A stretch of 64,000 bases of DNA from Candidatus Hydrogenedentota bacterium (GTDB taxonomy: Bacteria > Hydrogenedentota > Hydrogenedentia > Hydrogenedentales > SLHB01): NCBI GenBank assembly GCA_045863335.1, contig BTVY01000021.1, positions 43,426-107,425 of the forward strand, written 5' to 3'. Position 1 is the first letter of the stretch, and each line of letters opens with the position of its first letter. The position numbers and the translations under genes are program-made. Under the pieces are notes generated by a model, which saw only the letters and a program-made list of their open reading frames with translations, did not search any database and was not told the origin of the DNA. Positions 10,892-20,860 of the stretch are shown one piece after another.

Positions 10892-11631
10892 ACTACTGAT
10901 ACCCCTTTCACTACGCTTGTGCGTGAACCGCCCGTGTACGACCTTCGCCATGCGAACACCGATCGCAAACGCGCCAAACGGCCCACCGCACCAACCATCC
11001 GACACCCAATGCCGGAACAAACAGCGCTTCTATTCGACGCCCAACGCAGGCAAAAATAAGCCAAATACGTATTTAACTATTTATATTTTGTACTATATAC
11101 TCAGACCAATCGAGTGAGAGACGTCTCCCTCGGAGGATCTGTCAGTCCAGAAATTGGACACGGACGAATCCCTCCAGACCATCCCATGAGGGATTCGCAC
11201 CCGCGTCTGCCAGCTAAGCCGTTTAATCAATGGAGCTTCCATCGCACCTGGCGCGGTAGCTTCCGAGCTTTCCCCGATTCGCCTTCGTGGCGCATCAGTT
11301 CAACAGGAGCAACGATGGTGCCGAAGCAGACCGGCGACAAAGCCATTCGTGTAATGCATTATGCATGAATATGTTACAGCATCTACGGCAGTCTCATCGG
11401 AGGGATTGAGGGATTCCGGGAAGGACCGCAAGTCCAAATTCTGGGCTGGACTTTGTAACAATTCGTTACAGAGAAACCTGATGTGGTCCAGTACGGGCCG
11501 GCCCACTCCTTCTACCGGCCTGCTGTCCGCAAATCTTCATTGGGATTCCCAGATGCCGATTGGCTCCTCTCGGGCCTTCGTGGTAAACTCCGGCCCAAAC
11601 GAACCCGCCTCATCTGTACCCGGGAGCAGTG

Positions 11632-13659
11632 ATGTACGGCATCGACGAAAAGAGCAATTACGACCCCCGTTTTGCCGCCAAGACCCGCGGCCGTTCCTGG
11701 CCTATCTACCGGCGGCTCCTGGGCTATGTCTTCGCATATAAAGCCCGGCTCGCCGTATCCATCGTGCTCGCCATGTTTGTCGCGGCATCCTTCGGCGGGA
11801 TTATCGTGGGCACCGGCAACGTGGTTCGATTCGTGTTCCAGGGCGAGGAGCAGTTTCAGGACGAACTGGCGGGGATGAAGAAGAACATCCTCGAACGAAG
11901 CCAGTGGGTCCACGAGAATCTCCGAATAGAGCTTGTCGGTGTGGACGAGAGTGTCGAGGATCTTCTGCTATACCTCCGCGAAGACGGCAAAGAGATGCGC
12001 GCCATGGCGTGGCTTTGCGCATTCGTCCTATCGCTTGCCTTGTTTGGCGGCGTAGCGCGATTCTTCCAGGAGTACCTGTCGGCGTCCATCGCCACGTTCG
12101 TGACGGTGGAGATCGGACAGGAGATGTACGCCAACATCATCCGGCTGCCCATGCGCTTCTTCGAGCAACGCACGTCGGGCGAGATCATTGCGCGGATGAC
12201 GAACGACGCGTTCTCCGCGGGACGCGGGTTGACCGCGGTATTCATGAAACTCTTTCGCGAGCCCTTCAAGTTCCTGGTCTGCCTCGGTATTGCGGTTGCC
12301 ATCGCTCCGGGCCTCACGGCAATCGGCCTGATCGTCCTGCCGTTGGTGGGCCTGATTATGGTCAAGATCGGACACAGCGTCCGGAAGCGGATGCGCCGGA
12401 CGCTCGAAAAGATCGCCGGGTTGCAGACCGTGGCCAAGGAAAGCGTCACCGGCATCAGCATTATCAAAGGCTTTTCCATGGAGCCCCACGTGGTCGATCT
12501 CGTGAACCGCGAATACCGCAAGCTCAAACGCCAGGGACTGAAGATGATGAAAGCGGAGGCCGCCATCGGCCCGCTCACCGAATTCGTCATGATTTGCGGC
12601 TTCGTCGTCTTCGTATTGCTGAGCGCGCGGCAGGTGATCGCCGGGCAACTGCAGATCGCCGACCTCATGATGCTCTACGTGGCCCTCGCCGGCATGCTCG
12701 ACCCAGTCCGAAAACTTACGTCAGTCAACAACGCGGTGCAGACCAGTGTTGCCAGCGCGGAACGGGTCTTCGAGTTTATCGATCTGAAGCCCGATATCGT
12801 AGACGCACCCGACGCGGTCGAGTTGCAGCCGATCCGCGACGCGATTCAGTTCAATGACGTGCGCTTCTCGTACGACGGAACGACGGAGGTGTTGCACGGC
12901 CTGACCTTCGAGGTAAAGAAGGGCGAGATGGTTGCCATCGTCGGATTCAGTGGCGCGGGCAAGAGTACGCTCGTGAAGCTCATCCCCCGGTTCTACGATG
13001 TTTCCGGCGGTTCTATTCGCATCGACGGGATCGACATTCGCAAGGTCACGCAGGAAAGTTTGCGTGCGCAAATCAGCATCGTCACGCAGGATACCATCCT
13101 CTTCAACGAATCCGTGCGCGTGAACATTGCGGCGGGGAAAGAAGTCTACTCCGAGGAACGCGTGTGGGAGGCGTTACGCGCCGCGCACGCCAACGAGTTT
13201 GTGGAGAAGCTGTATCAGAAGCTCGAGACCCCCATCGGCGAGGCCGGCGGCACGTTATCCGGCGGGCAACGCCAGCGCCTCGCCATCGCCCGCGCGCTGA
13301 TCAAGGACCCGAAGATCCTGATCCTCGACGAGGCGACATCGAGCCTGGATTCCGAAAGCGAACGCGCGATTCAAAAGGCCATCGAAGAGTTCGTCGTGGG
13401 GCGTACGTCCATCGTTATCGCGCACCGGCTCTCCACCATTCGCCGTGCCGACCGCATCATCGTGCTTGATGAAGGGCATCTGGCTGAAGAAGGTACGCAC
13501 GACGAGTTGCTCTTGCGGCCCGACAGTATTTACCGCAGGTTATACGAAGTGCAGTTCGCGGTTTCGGAGCAGCCGGAAGCGGAAGCCCCGGAAGCGGACG
13601 GCGAAACGGTTGCGAGCGCCGCCGTCAAGCGGGAGGACGATCGCGATGCGGCGTATTAG
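11632..13659 (+). CDS. ABC exporter, fused permease/ATPase (MsbA-like)
   Basis: TM domain, Walker A GFSGAGKS, LSGGQRQR signature, ILDEATSSLD. Confidence 0.92.
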   Translation: MYGIDEKSNYDPRFAAKTRGRSWPIYRRLLGYVFAYKARLAVSIVLAMFVAASFGGIIVGTGNVVRFVFQGEEQFQDELAGMKKNILERSQWVHENLRIELVGVDESVEDLLLYLREDGKEMRAMAWLCAFVLSLALFGGVARFFQEYLSASIATFVTVEIGQEMYANIIRLPMRFFEQRTSGEIIARMTNDAFSAGRGLTAVFMKLFREPFKFLVCLGIAVAIAPGLTAIGLIVLPLVGLIMVKIGHSVRKRMRRTLEKIAGLQTVAKESVTGISIIKGFSMEPHVVDLVNREYRKLKRQGLKMMKAEAAIGPLTEFVMICGFVVFVLLSARQVIAGQLQIADLMMLYVALAGMLDPVRKLTSVNNAVQTSVASAERVFEFIDLKPDIVDAPDAVELQPIRDAIQFNDVRFSYDGTTEVLHGLTFEVKKGEMVAIVGFSGAGKSTLVKLIPRFYDVSGGSIRIDGIDIRKVTQESLRAQISIVTQDTILFNESVRVNIAAGKEVYSEERVWEALRAAHANEFVEKLYQKLETPIGEAGGTLSGGQRQRLAIARALIKDPKILILDEATSSLDSESERAIQKAIEEFVVGRTSIVIAHRLSTIRRADRIIVLDEGHLAEEGTHDELLLRPDSIYRRLYEVQFAVSEQPEAEAPEADGETVASAAVKREDDRDAAY

Positions 13660-13702
13660 CTTAACCGGCAGGGCATCGATGCATCATCATCCGGACGGAA
13701 GT

Positions 13703-13924
13703 ACCTCCCCCTTGATCCCCCTTCAAAGGGGGAATTCGCGTGTCCAAGATAAACGCGTTAAAGAGAGCGATTCGCTCCGAAATCGGGATAGAATCGTTAT
13801 CACACTGCAACGCGGAGCGTTGCGATCGAGGCAGGAGCGGGTCGTCTCGACCAGTTGCTACGTCCATTACCGACAGATTTTGTTCGGTGAAATTCCCCCT
13901 TCGAAGGGGGATCAAGGGGGATGT
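13703..13924. repeat. MITE-like element bounded by 34-bp inverted repeats (CCCCCTT...AAGGGGG family)
   Basis: ACCTCCCCCTTGATCCCCCTTCAAAGGGGGAATT at 13703 and a near-perfect reverse complement at 13891. Confidence 0.75.
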
Positions 13925-13975
13925 TCTTCGGTTTCCGCCAGCGAAGTCTCCGCGATCGGCAACCGGCGCACACTG

Positions 13976-14683
13976 GTGTACGGCTGGGTGCGCAACGTGT
14001 GCTTGGCGCTTGTCATTCTCGTCGCGATGGGCTGTGGCTCAGGGGAAACCGGACCAAACGGGCAGGAGCCGCCAGCAGTGCCAGCGACCGACAGCGCTTC
14101 ACGGTCTGCGGCAGAGCAAAACGCTACTGCGGACGACACCGCCCTGGCGCGGGTGTTTGTGCGCGACATGGATGGCAACCCGATGCCGAACATGCTGCCC
14201 ATCGCATCGACGGAGCCGAACGCCTTCAACAAACCCATCGCGACCGGCCAACCGACGGGCGCGGATGGACGGGGCTACGTCACCATACCGACCGACCAAT
14301 GGCTGTACGTGCGCGCGTGGGATCCCACCAGCCGCATGTTCGCGAACAATTACTACGACGTGCTCCCGGGCAAAGCCGAAACGACGGACGTGATGGAAAT
14401 TGTTATGGTGCCGGGGGCTTCCTTGAGCGCGGTTGTCGTGGACCGGAGCGGAGTGCCCGTGGCCGATTCGCCGGTAGGCATGATGATGGCGCATCCGACC
14501 CGAGGCCCCTGGTGGCCCGCCGAGTCGCACACCGACGAGTACGGTCGTGTGATTTTTGAGTCCTTGCCTGCGGGGAAGTATCAGGTGACTCTCGAAATCC
14601 CGGGCGGACAGCAGATCGATCTCCCGGAAGTGGCGCTGCCACCGGGCGGCAATGCGGACCTGGGGCCGCTCGCAGTCCAATAG
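13976..14683 (+). CDS. Lipoprotein with carboxypeptidase-regulatory/prealbumin-like beta domains (start uncertain)
   Basis: Lipobox VAMGC; VVDRSGVPV..TDEYGR..FESLPAGKY. Confidence 0.7.
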   Translation: MYGWVRNVCLALVILVAMGCGSGETGPNGQEPPAVPATDSASRSAAEQNATADDTALARVFVRDMDGNPMPNMLPIASTEPNAFNKPIATGQPTGADGRGYVTIPTDQWLYVRAWDPTSRMFANNYYDVLPGKAETTDVMEIVMVPGASLSAVVVDRSGVPVADSPVGMMMAHPTRGPWWPAESHTDEYGRVIFESLPAGKYQVTLEIPGGQQIDLPEVALPPGGNADLGPLAVQ

Positions 14684-14717
14684 CGGCGAACGGGCCCGCG
14701 TGCGGGGAGCATCGCCA

Positions 14718-15392
14718 TTATTCGCTGACGACGTCCGTCGGTCCGTCGAGATAGACCCCCATCACCGCACCTTCCGGACTGATGATCACGAGCCGCTGTT
14801 TGACGAATGCCAGGCTGCACCCTTCACCGCAGACCTGGGCCCAGACCAACTCCAATCGCGCCACGTAGCATTCGGGATAATGGCGCCCCTGGATATCGAA
14901 CCACTTGTGGTGATCGATCACGCCTGAATAACGCAGGCGGCACCGCTCCACGGCCGCACCGCCGGTGGGGCCGGTTTCGGCGCTTTCGAAGGACTCGATA
15001 AGCCGCGAGAAGTATTCGACGGAAGCGGCCGTGATCGCGCATGGGATGTGTACCCCATTCCGCACGAGGTAGGACCAGGACGGCTGTTCTGCCGGCGGCG
15101 CGACGCCTTCTTGCTGAACCAGTTGCCGCCACGCCGCGACGGATTCCTGACTCGGGTACACGGACTCGGCGATGTGAAGGAGTTCGCGCTGATGCTCGTC
15201 ATCGTAGATTCGCGTGATGGTCGCGGAGAAGTTGCCCCTCACGTAGTCCTGTTCCGGCAACGCGATCTTCTGGTCGTGCTGCGACACGTACCAATCGCCT
15301 GTTGCGCGGGCTTCCGGTACGGAACGATCCATCGCGGCGCAACCGGAGAGTGCCAGCGGAACGCAGAACAAACCCAACAATATCTTACCCAT
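14718..15392 (-). CDS. Hypothetical lipoprotein
   Basis: Signal peptide with lipobox LSGC. Confidence 0.65.
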   Translation of the reverse strand: MGKILLGLFCVPLALSGCAAMDRSVPEARATGDWYVSQHDQKIALPEQDYVRGNFSATITRIYDDEHQRELLHIAESVYPSQESVAAWRQLVQQEGVAPPAEQPSWSYLVRNGVHIPCAITAASVEYFSRLIESFESAETGPTGGAAVERCRLRYSGVIDHHKWFDIQGRHYPECYVARLELVWAQVCGEGCSLAFVKQRLVIISPEGAVMGVYLDGPTDVVSE

Positions 15393-15492
15393 GGCAAGGC
15401 CTCAGATTGACTATTCGTAATTCGCGCGCACGGGGAAACCATATCACCACACTCACGAGGCCTTCCAATCTCCGGTACCCGCGCGGCGCGAG

Positions 15493-15882
15493 CTATGTCG
15501 AAAGGAACTTTGCCGCCAGCCACGGCCCCGCCAGCGTCGTCAACAGCACGAGAATCCATACCCGACCGCGACGCAGGTCGTAATCCGCAAACACGGCCGC
15601 CCATGGCTTCTTCATCCACACACGAACCATCGAGACTTCGAAGGCGACCGTCATGGCGGTCCATATGCAACCGATGACCGCGGCTTGCGATGCGCCCATA
15701 GCGGTCCAACGCGCAAAAGCCACGATAAGCGCCCCGAAAACAATACACACCAGGATTGTTCCCACCTGATGAGCGCGCAATTCCCCCATGCGCGGCTTCA
15801 ACAGTTTTTCGCGCAATCCCCCGCTTGTAACGGCGACGACCAGCAGTAGAAACCAGAATGCCAAGGCTTTCCAGAACATCAA
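15493..15882 (-). CDS. Conserved-type small 4-TM membrane protein
   Basis: Hydrophobic; LRE...AHQ..T...FE...ADYDL..GRVW pattern. Confidence 0.7.
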   Translation of the reverse strand: MMFWKALAFWFLLLVVAVTSGGLREKLLKPRMGELRAHQVGTILVCIVFGALIVAFARWTAMGASQAAVIGCIWTAMTVAFEVSMVRVWMKKPWAAVFADYDLRRGRVWILVLLTTLAGPWLAAKFLST

Positions 15883-15926
15883 GCATCCTCATTCGTATAG
15901 AGTCCAACGCGGACCAATCGACAGGA

Positions 15927-17018
15927 TTACTGGTCGAGCTTGTCTTGGTGCTTCCGATACAGCCCGCGGAACTGATGGTAGGTCAAGCCCATGGTTTCGG
16001 CGGCCTTTCGCTGATTGTACTTCGCATCGTCGAGCGCGCACTTCAGCAGGCAGAGTTCCACGCTCGTAATCGCGTCGTTGTATTTCATGCCATCCAGGAC
16101 GGTCGAAAGATCCGGCGTCGCCGGTTCCGAGGGGATGGGGACAGCATGAGGCGCTTCGGCGACGGAAGTCTCCACAGGCCGGCGGGGGGACGTCCGGTGT
16201 TCGTAGGGCGACTGAAACGGGTCGAAGATGATCTCGGTATCTTCGATGATGTTATCGTCGGAACGATAGACCGCCCGTTCGACCACATTCTTCAACTCCC
16301 GCACGTTTCCCGGCCAGTCATAGCCTTCGAGCACCTTGACAGCCTTGGGGGTGAACTCCGGGATTCCCTCCCACTTCAATTCGTAGGCCATCCGCGAACC
16401 GAAGTGTTGTGCGAGCAGCATGACATCTTCGCGCCGTTCGCGCAGGGGAGGCAGAAAGAGAACCTCGAAGGAAAGGCGGTCGAGCAGGTCGCGCATGAAA
16501 TAGCCTTGGTCGGCCATCTCGCTGAGGTTGGCGTTGGTGGCGCCGATGATCCGCGCATCCACCTGGATCGGGCGGGAACTGCCCACGCGCTCGAAGCTGC
16601 CGTACTCGACCACGCGCAGGATCTTCTCCTGGGTCTCGACGGGGATGTTCCCGATTTCGTCCAGGAACAAGGTGCCATCGTTTGCCGCTTCAAAGCGCCC
16701 CGTTCGCCGGCGGCTGGCGCCAGTGAAGGCGCCTTCCTCGTGTCCAAAAAGCTCGGCCTCGATCAGCGACGAGGCCAGCGCCGCGCAATTCAGCGCCACG
16801 AAGGGTTCCTTCCACCGAGGCGACAGATAATGCACGCGCGCGGCGGCCAACTCTTTCCCTGTGCCGCGCTCGCCGATGAGGAGAACCGGGCGATCCACCT
16901 GGGCAACGCGAGACAAACGTTCCTGAAAAGACAGAAATGCCTCAGAATGGCCCAAGGCCTCGTGAACAACCGAATCGCCGATGGGCCTGTTCTCGCTATC
17001 GCGATCATATTCTGCCAT
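15927..17018 (-). CDS. pspF: Phage shock protein operon sigma-54 activator PspF
   Basis: GERGTGKE, GAFTGA, WPGNVRELKN, C-terminal YNQRKAA..GLTYHQFR; no N-terminal receiver domain; divergent from pspA. Confidence 0.93.
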   Translation of the reverse strand: MAEYDRDSENRPIGDSVVHEALGHSEAFLSFQERLSRVAQVDRPVLLIGERGTGKELAAARVHYLSPRWKEPFVALNCAALASSLIEAELFGHEEGAFTGASRRRTGRFEAANDGTLFLDEIGNIPVETQEKILRVVEYGSFERVGSSRPIQVDARIIGATNANLSEMADQGYFMRDLLDRLSFEVLFLPPLRERREDVMLLAQHFGSRMAYELKWEGIPEFTPKAVKVLEGYDWPGNVRELKNVVERAVYRSDDNIIEDTEIIFDPFQSPYEHRTSPRRPVETSVAEAPHAVPIPSEPATPDLSTVLDGMKYNDAITSVELCLLKCALDDAKYNQRKAAETMGLTYHQFRGLYRKHQDKLDQ

Positions 17019-17148
17019 CAGACTTCCCGCCAGAGGTTTGCGTACCGCACCAGAGTTTAGCGACCTCCACCACTCAATGCAAGCTATATTTTTGGCTAGA
17101 TACAGATAAGGCCAATTTTTCCAGCAACTTACAACGACATAAGCCAGT

Positions 17149-17163
17149 TGGCACAGCGATTGC
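17149..17163 (+). promoter_or_regulatory. Sigma-54 promoter of the psp operon
   Basis: TGGCAC-AGCGA-TTGC, consensus -24/-12. Confidence 0.85.
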
Positions 17164-17208
17164 CATTGACTCTGTTGTAAAGAAGCCAAGATCGGGAGAT
17201 TACCTAAG

Positions 17209-17712
17209 ATGATGACGAATGCTCGGAACTGCAATTCGCGACGACGCTACGCGCGGGTTCCCGTTACCGGAACTGTCGAATACCGTTTGGGCGCTTTTCG
17301 CGGAACGGCGGAGCTGCGAGATGCCGGTCTATCCGGACTTTCCATGGCAGTCGACCGCAACCTGTTGCCCGGCCAGCGAATTATGGTCGAGGCCGTCAAC
17401 TCGGGCGGAGGGATTGATCGCGCGAGGGAGATGAAGGGCGTGGTCTCATGGGTCGCTCCATCGGGGATCGAGGGAGAAAACCTTGTCGGGGTTCGTATCT
17501 ATTGTATCGACGAAGGAACGCGGGAGACCATGCACGAACTCGTAAGCGCAGCGTTCAGGACCCGTAAGGAAGCAGCGTTACGACAGGTAAGCTGGGGCAT
17601 TCGCCCCCTGCGGCATAGCCGAAGCGCGGGATTTATTGACACTAGCGACACATGGGTCGCCCAAGAATCAACCGAAACACATCTGAAACACACGACTGCG
17701 GCCGCAATTTGA
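17209..17712 (+). CDS. PilZ domain protein
   Basis: RRRYARVP (RxxxR) and DAGLSG (DxSxxG-like) motifs. Confidence 0.75.
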   Translation: MMTNARNCNSRRRYARVPVTGTVEYRLGAFRGTAELRDAGLSGLSMAVDRNLLPGQRIMVEAVNSGGGIDRAREMKGVVSWVAPSGIEGENLVGVRIYCIDEGTRETMHELVSAAFRTRKEAALRQVSWGIRPLRHSRSAGFIDTSDTWVAQESTETHLKHTTAAAI

Positions 17713-17759
17713 AGTGCCAAGTTTGCCGCTGGCGCGGCTAACAGGTCAAAGGAGGAGTC

Positions 17760-18431
17760 ATGGGAATCTTTACGCGGGCACGAGACATCATCACGGCGAA
17801 CATCAACGCCATTCTCGATCAGGCCGAGGACCCCGAGAAGCTGGTCACGCTGATGGTCCGCGAAATGGAGGACACCCTCATCGAGTTGAAGGCGTCCTGC
17901 GCGGGAGCGATGGCAGCCAAACACCGGATCGTCCATGACCAGGAGCAGGCCCGGTTGCGGGCGGGCGAGTGGGAAAGCCGGGCGCGGCGGGCAGTCGACA
18001 AGGGACGCGACGGCTTGGCCCGGGAAGCCCTCCATGAAAAGCGCCGGTATACGGAGCGCGTCGAAGGGCTGGACCGCGAGCTGGCACAGTGCGAGGCGGT
18101 CGTAAGCCACTACCAGGACGACATTAAACAGCTCGAAGAGAAATTGGAGACCGCCCGGGAGCGCAAGCGGGTGCTGGTGCAGCGGCACGTCCACGCAATT
18201 AACAAGCGCCGCGCGCAAATAGATATCCGGCGGATGGACACGTCGGACGTCTTTGCCCGGTTCGACCGGGTGGAGCATGAGATCGACCGCATGGAAAGCG
18301 AGGCGGACCTCGTCAATTTCGGACGCAGCGTATCGCTCCGGGACCAAATTGATGCGCTGGAAGACGATGACGACATCGAAGAGGAGTTGCGCCGGCTGAA
18401 GTCCGCGTCGACCCCGCCGCCGATTCGGTGA
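17760..18431 (+). CDS. pspA: Phage shock protein A
   Basis: MGIFTRARDIITANINAILDQAEDPEK, coiled coil; AGGAGG RBS. Confidence 0.95.
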   Translation: MGIFTRARDIITANINAILDQAEDPEKLVTLMVREMEDTLIELKASCAGAMAAKHRIVHDQEQARLRAGEWESRARRAVDKGRDGLAREALHEKRRYTERVEGLDRELAQCEAVVSHYQDDIKQLEEKLETARERKRVLVQRHVHAINKRRAQIDIRRMDTSDVFARFDRVEHEIDRMESEADLVNFGRSVSLRDQIDALEDDDDIEEELRRLKSASTPPPIR

Positions 18432-18488
18432 TCGGTTCTATTCTGGCGGCCTACAGAAGTTCGCGATTCAGGAAAGGACATTTGCGAC

Positions 18489-18719
18489 ATGGCATACGGA
18501 TATGACTACGGCCGACGGGGTTTGTATCGCTCCCGATCCGGGATCCTCTTCGGCGTCTGCAAAGGGATCGCCGAGTATTTCGACGTTTCCTTGTTCTGGA
18601 CCCGGATGATTGTATTTCTCACGTTCGTTTTCACGGGGTTCTGTCCGGTGGGGATCGCCTACATTCTCGCGGCGCTGCTCATGAAGCCCGAGCCGCGCTG
18701 GTACCGTTACCCGGCCTGA
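18489..18719 (+). CDS. pspC: PspC domain protein
   Basis: LYRSRSGILFGVCKGIAEYF...AYI. Confidence 0.9.
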   Translation: MAYGYDYGRRGLYRSRSGILFGVCKGIAEYFDVSLFWTRMIVFLTFVFTGFCPVGIAYILAALLMKPEPRWYRYPA

Positions 18720-18769
18720 TCCTCAGGCATCCTCACCCTCGGGAGAAAACCCCTCTCTCCCCTACCCCG

Positions 18770-18800
18770 CCTCGCGGCGCGCCACCCCCGCGCCGCGAGG
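18770..18800 (+). terminator. Hairpin after pspC
   Basis: CCTCGCGGCGCG...CGCGCCGCGAGG. Confidence 0.55.
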
Positions 18801-18904
18801 AACATTTATATTCTGGCGACGGTCCCCGGTCCGGACTTCATTGCAAAGGCGGGTAACCTGTGATAAATTGGTTTCTGTCATCCGTTTAAGAAGGAGGCGG
18901 ACCT

Positions 18905-19600
18905 ATGGATTGCCAGGTATGTAATGTCCGGAGTTCTGTCGGGTATTGCGTGGAATGTCAAAAGATTCTGTGCGAAACCTGCGGGGTGACCTGCGAAAAC
19001 TGCAACAAACTCTCCTGTCCCGATCACATTCATGAGACCAGCAGCGGCCGCGTGCTGTGCAAGGGTTGCTACGACGAGCGCCGCGAAAAACGCAAACAAA
19101 TGAAAGCCGCCCACGCCAAGAAAGGCGAGGGCGACACCAGTTTAGAGGGCCTGGAAGCGCCCGACGAAGAAGGCGATATCGGCGATGAAGCGCTCGTTGC
19201 CAGCGCAAGACGCCCTATCCAACCATGGCAGTTCAGCGTGTACATCGCCTCCGCGGGAATCGTGGTCGCACTGCTGGCACTTTTCATCGATGCGCTGCGG
19301 CGAATTCCCATGGGGGGTAATAACTACATCAACTCGGGATGGATCTTCCTGATTATCCCGGTGCTGGCGATTATCTGGGCGGTGGTGGGGCTCACGAAGG
19401 AGGAGTACTACGAGGATCGTCCGAAGTGCTTCTACGGTCTTGCGGCATCGGTCGTGGCCGCCGTGCTCACGCTGGTTGTTATCGTACGCGATCCGGGCCC
19501 GGACCAAACGGAGACCGGGCTTCAGGACGTCCGTCAGAGCATGAGCGAAGAAGAGCTTCAACGGTGGCGCGAAGACACGCTGAACCAGTATCAACGCTAA
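18905..19600 (+). CDS. Cys-rich (B-box-like zinc finger) membrane protein
   Basis: Multiple CxxC pairs at the N-terminus, three TM segments; AAGGAGG RBS. Confidence 0.75.
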   Translation: MDCQVCNVRSSVGYCVECQKILCETCGVTCENCNKLSCPDHIHETSSGRVLCKGCYDERREKRKQMKAAHAKKGEGDTSLEGLEAPDEEGDIGDEALVASARRPIQPWQFSVYIASAGIVVALLALFIDALRRIPMGGNNYINSGWIFLIIPVLAIIWAVVGLTKEEYYEDRPKCFYGLAASVVAAVLTLVVIVRDPGPDQTETGLQDVRQSMSEEELQRWREDTLNQYQR

Positions 19601-19619
19601 GACTCGGGAGACACTCCAC

Positions 19620-19733
19620 GTGATCGAGTTTGCCGACGTTTACATCTGGATTAAAGCGAACCAGTGGTGGTTGTGGGCCATGGTGCCGCTGGCGATCGTC
19701 GTAATCATCATTCGCGCCGGCAGCGTGCGGTAA
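19620..19733 (+). CDS. Small single-pass membrane protein (37 aa)
   Basis: MIEFADVYIWIKANQWWLWAMVPLAIVVIIIRAGSVR; GGGAG RBS; fills the gap directly after the previous gene. Confidence 0.6.
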   Translation: MIEFADVYIWIKANQWWLWAMVPLAIVVIIIRAGSVR

Positions 19734-19759
19734 TGCCCCGGGATGCCGAGATTCGGCTT

Positions 19760-20713
19760 CTACGAATGTTGAAGCGCCGCAATCGCGGCCTTCAAGACGG
19801 CTCCCGACGCGGCTAGTAGATTGCGTTCATCGCCCGGGAGCCCACAGTCTACAATTTCATCGACGCCGTTTTCGGAGACGATGCAGGGTACGCTGAGGCA
19901 CACGCCGTTGAGGCCGTACTCCCCATCGAGGCGGGTGGAGACGGTCAGCACGCTGCGCTGGTTCCGGACGATCGCTTCCACGATGCGGACGAGGGCCATC
20001 CCCACGCCGAACCAGGTCGCGCCTTTGTAGTCGATGATGTGGTACGCCGAATTGCGGACCCGTTCTTCGATGCTTTTGCGCTCATCCATCCAGTTCTCGC
20101 ACTTGTGGCAGGCGGGGCAGTACGCGTCGATGGGGATGCCCGCGAGGTGGGTCATGGACCACGCCGCGAATTCGCTGTCGCCGTGTTCGCCGAGCATGTA
20201 GGCATGCACGTTGTGGATGTCGACCCCGCAGTGTTCGCTAAGCAGATAGCGGAGCCGGGCGCTGTCGAGCACCGTACCCGAACCGATGACACGCCCACGC
20301 GGCCAGCCCGATTGTTGGAGCGCCACGTAGGTCAGCACATCGACGGGGTTGGAAACGACGATGACGACGGCGCTGGACCCCTGGCCCACGATATCGCTCA
20401 TAATCGTGCTCACGATCGCGGCGTTCTTCTTGAGCAGGTCCAACCGGCTTTCGCCCGGTTGCTGCGCCGCGCCTGCAGTAATGACGATCACCGATGCGTC
20501 CGCATAATCGGCGACCGTTCCCACGTGAAGAGAGAGACTGGGGTAGTAAGGCCTGCCGTGGCTCAGGTCGAGGATCTGTCCCTGGGCGAGGCGCTCGTTC
20601 TTGTCGACAAGCGCGATCTCGCTGACGAGACCGCTCTGCGCGAGGGCGTAGGAGAAGGTGGACCCCACCGATCCCGCACCTACTACGACGACTTTGCGTT
20701 TACTTGATCGCAC
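19760..20713 (-). CDS. ldh: L-lactate dehydrogenase
   Basis: GAGSVG, GESRLDL, SNPVD, GTVLDSAR, GEHGDS. Confidence 0.93.
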   Translation of the reverse strand: MRSSKRKVVVVGAGSVGSTFSYALAQSGLVSEIALVDKNERLAQGQILDLSHGRPYYPSLSLHVGTVADYADASVIVITAGAAQQPGESRLDLLKKNAAIVSTIMSDIVGQGSSAVVIVVSNPVDVLTYVALQQSGWPRGRVIGSGTVLDSARLRYLLSEHCGVDIHNVHAYMLGEHGDSEFAAWSMTHLAGIPIDAYCPACHKCENWMDERKSIEERVRNSAYHIIDYKGATWFGVGMALVRIVEAIVRNQRSVLTVSTRLDGEYGLNGVCLSVPCIVSENGVDEIVDCGLPGDERNLLAASGAVLKAAIAALQHS

Positions 20714-20860
20714 TGCGCTCTCCTTGAAATGAGGCCCCGGACACTACAGGTCAGGGTCCGGCCGCCAGGAAACCTAAATTCAGAATCGGTTTCGTTCATC
20801 CGGCTCAAGTGAACTAGCGGGCAACGCGCGAATCCGCAGCCCGGTCTCAATTCACCGGGC

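Noticed and set aside
11048-11064. Sigma-54 promoter for the DUF1559 gene
   Set aside because: GG-to-GC spacing is 9 nt, not the required 10
13445-13975. N-terminal ORF extensions through repeats (13445; also 2775-3023 and 23540-23761)
   Set aside because: These are translations of intergenic palindromic repeats; better downstream starts with an RBS or signal peptide exist
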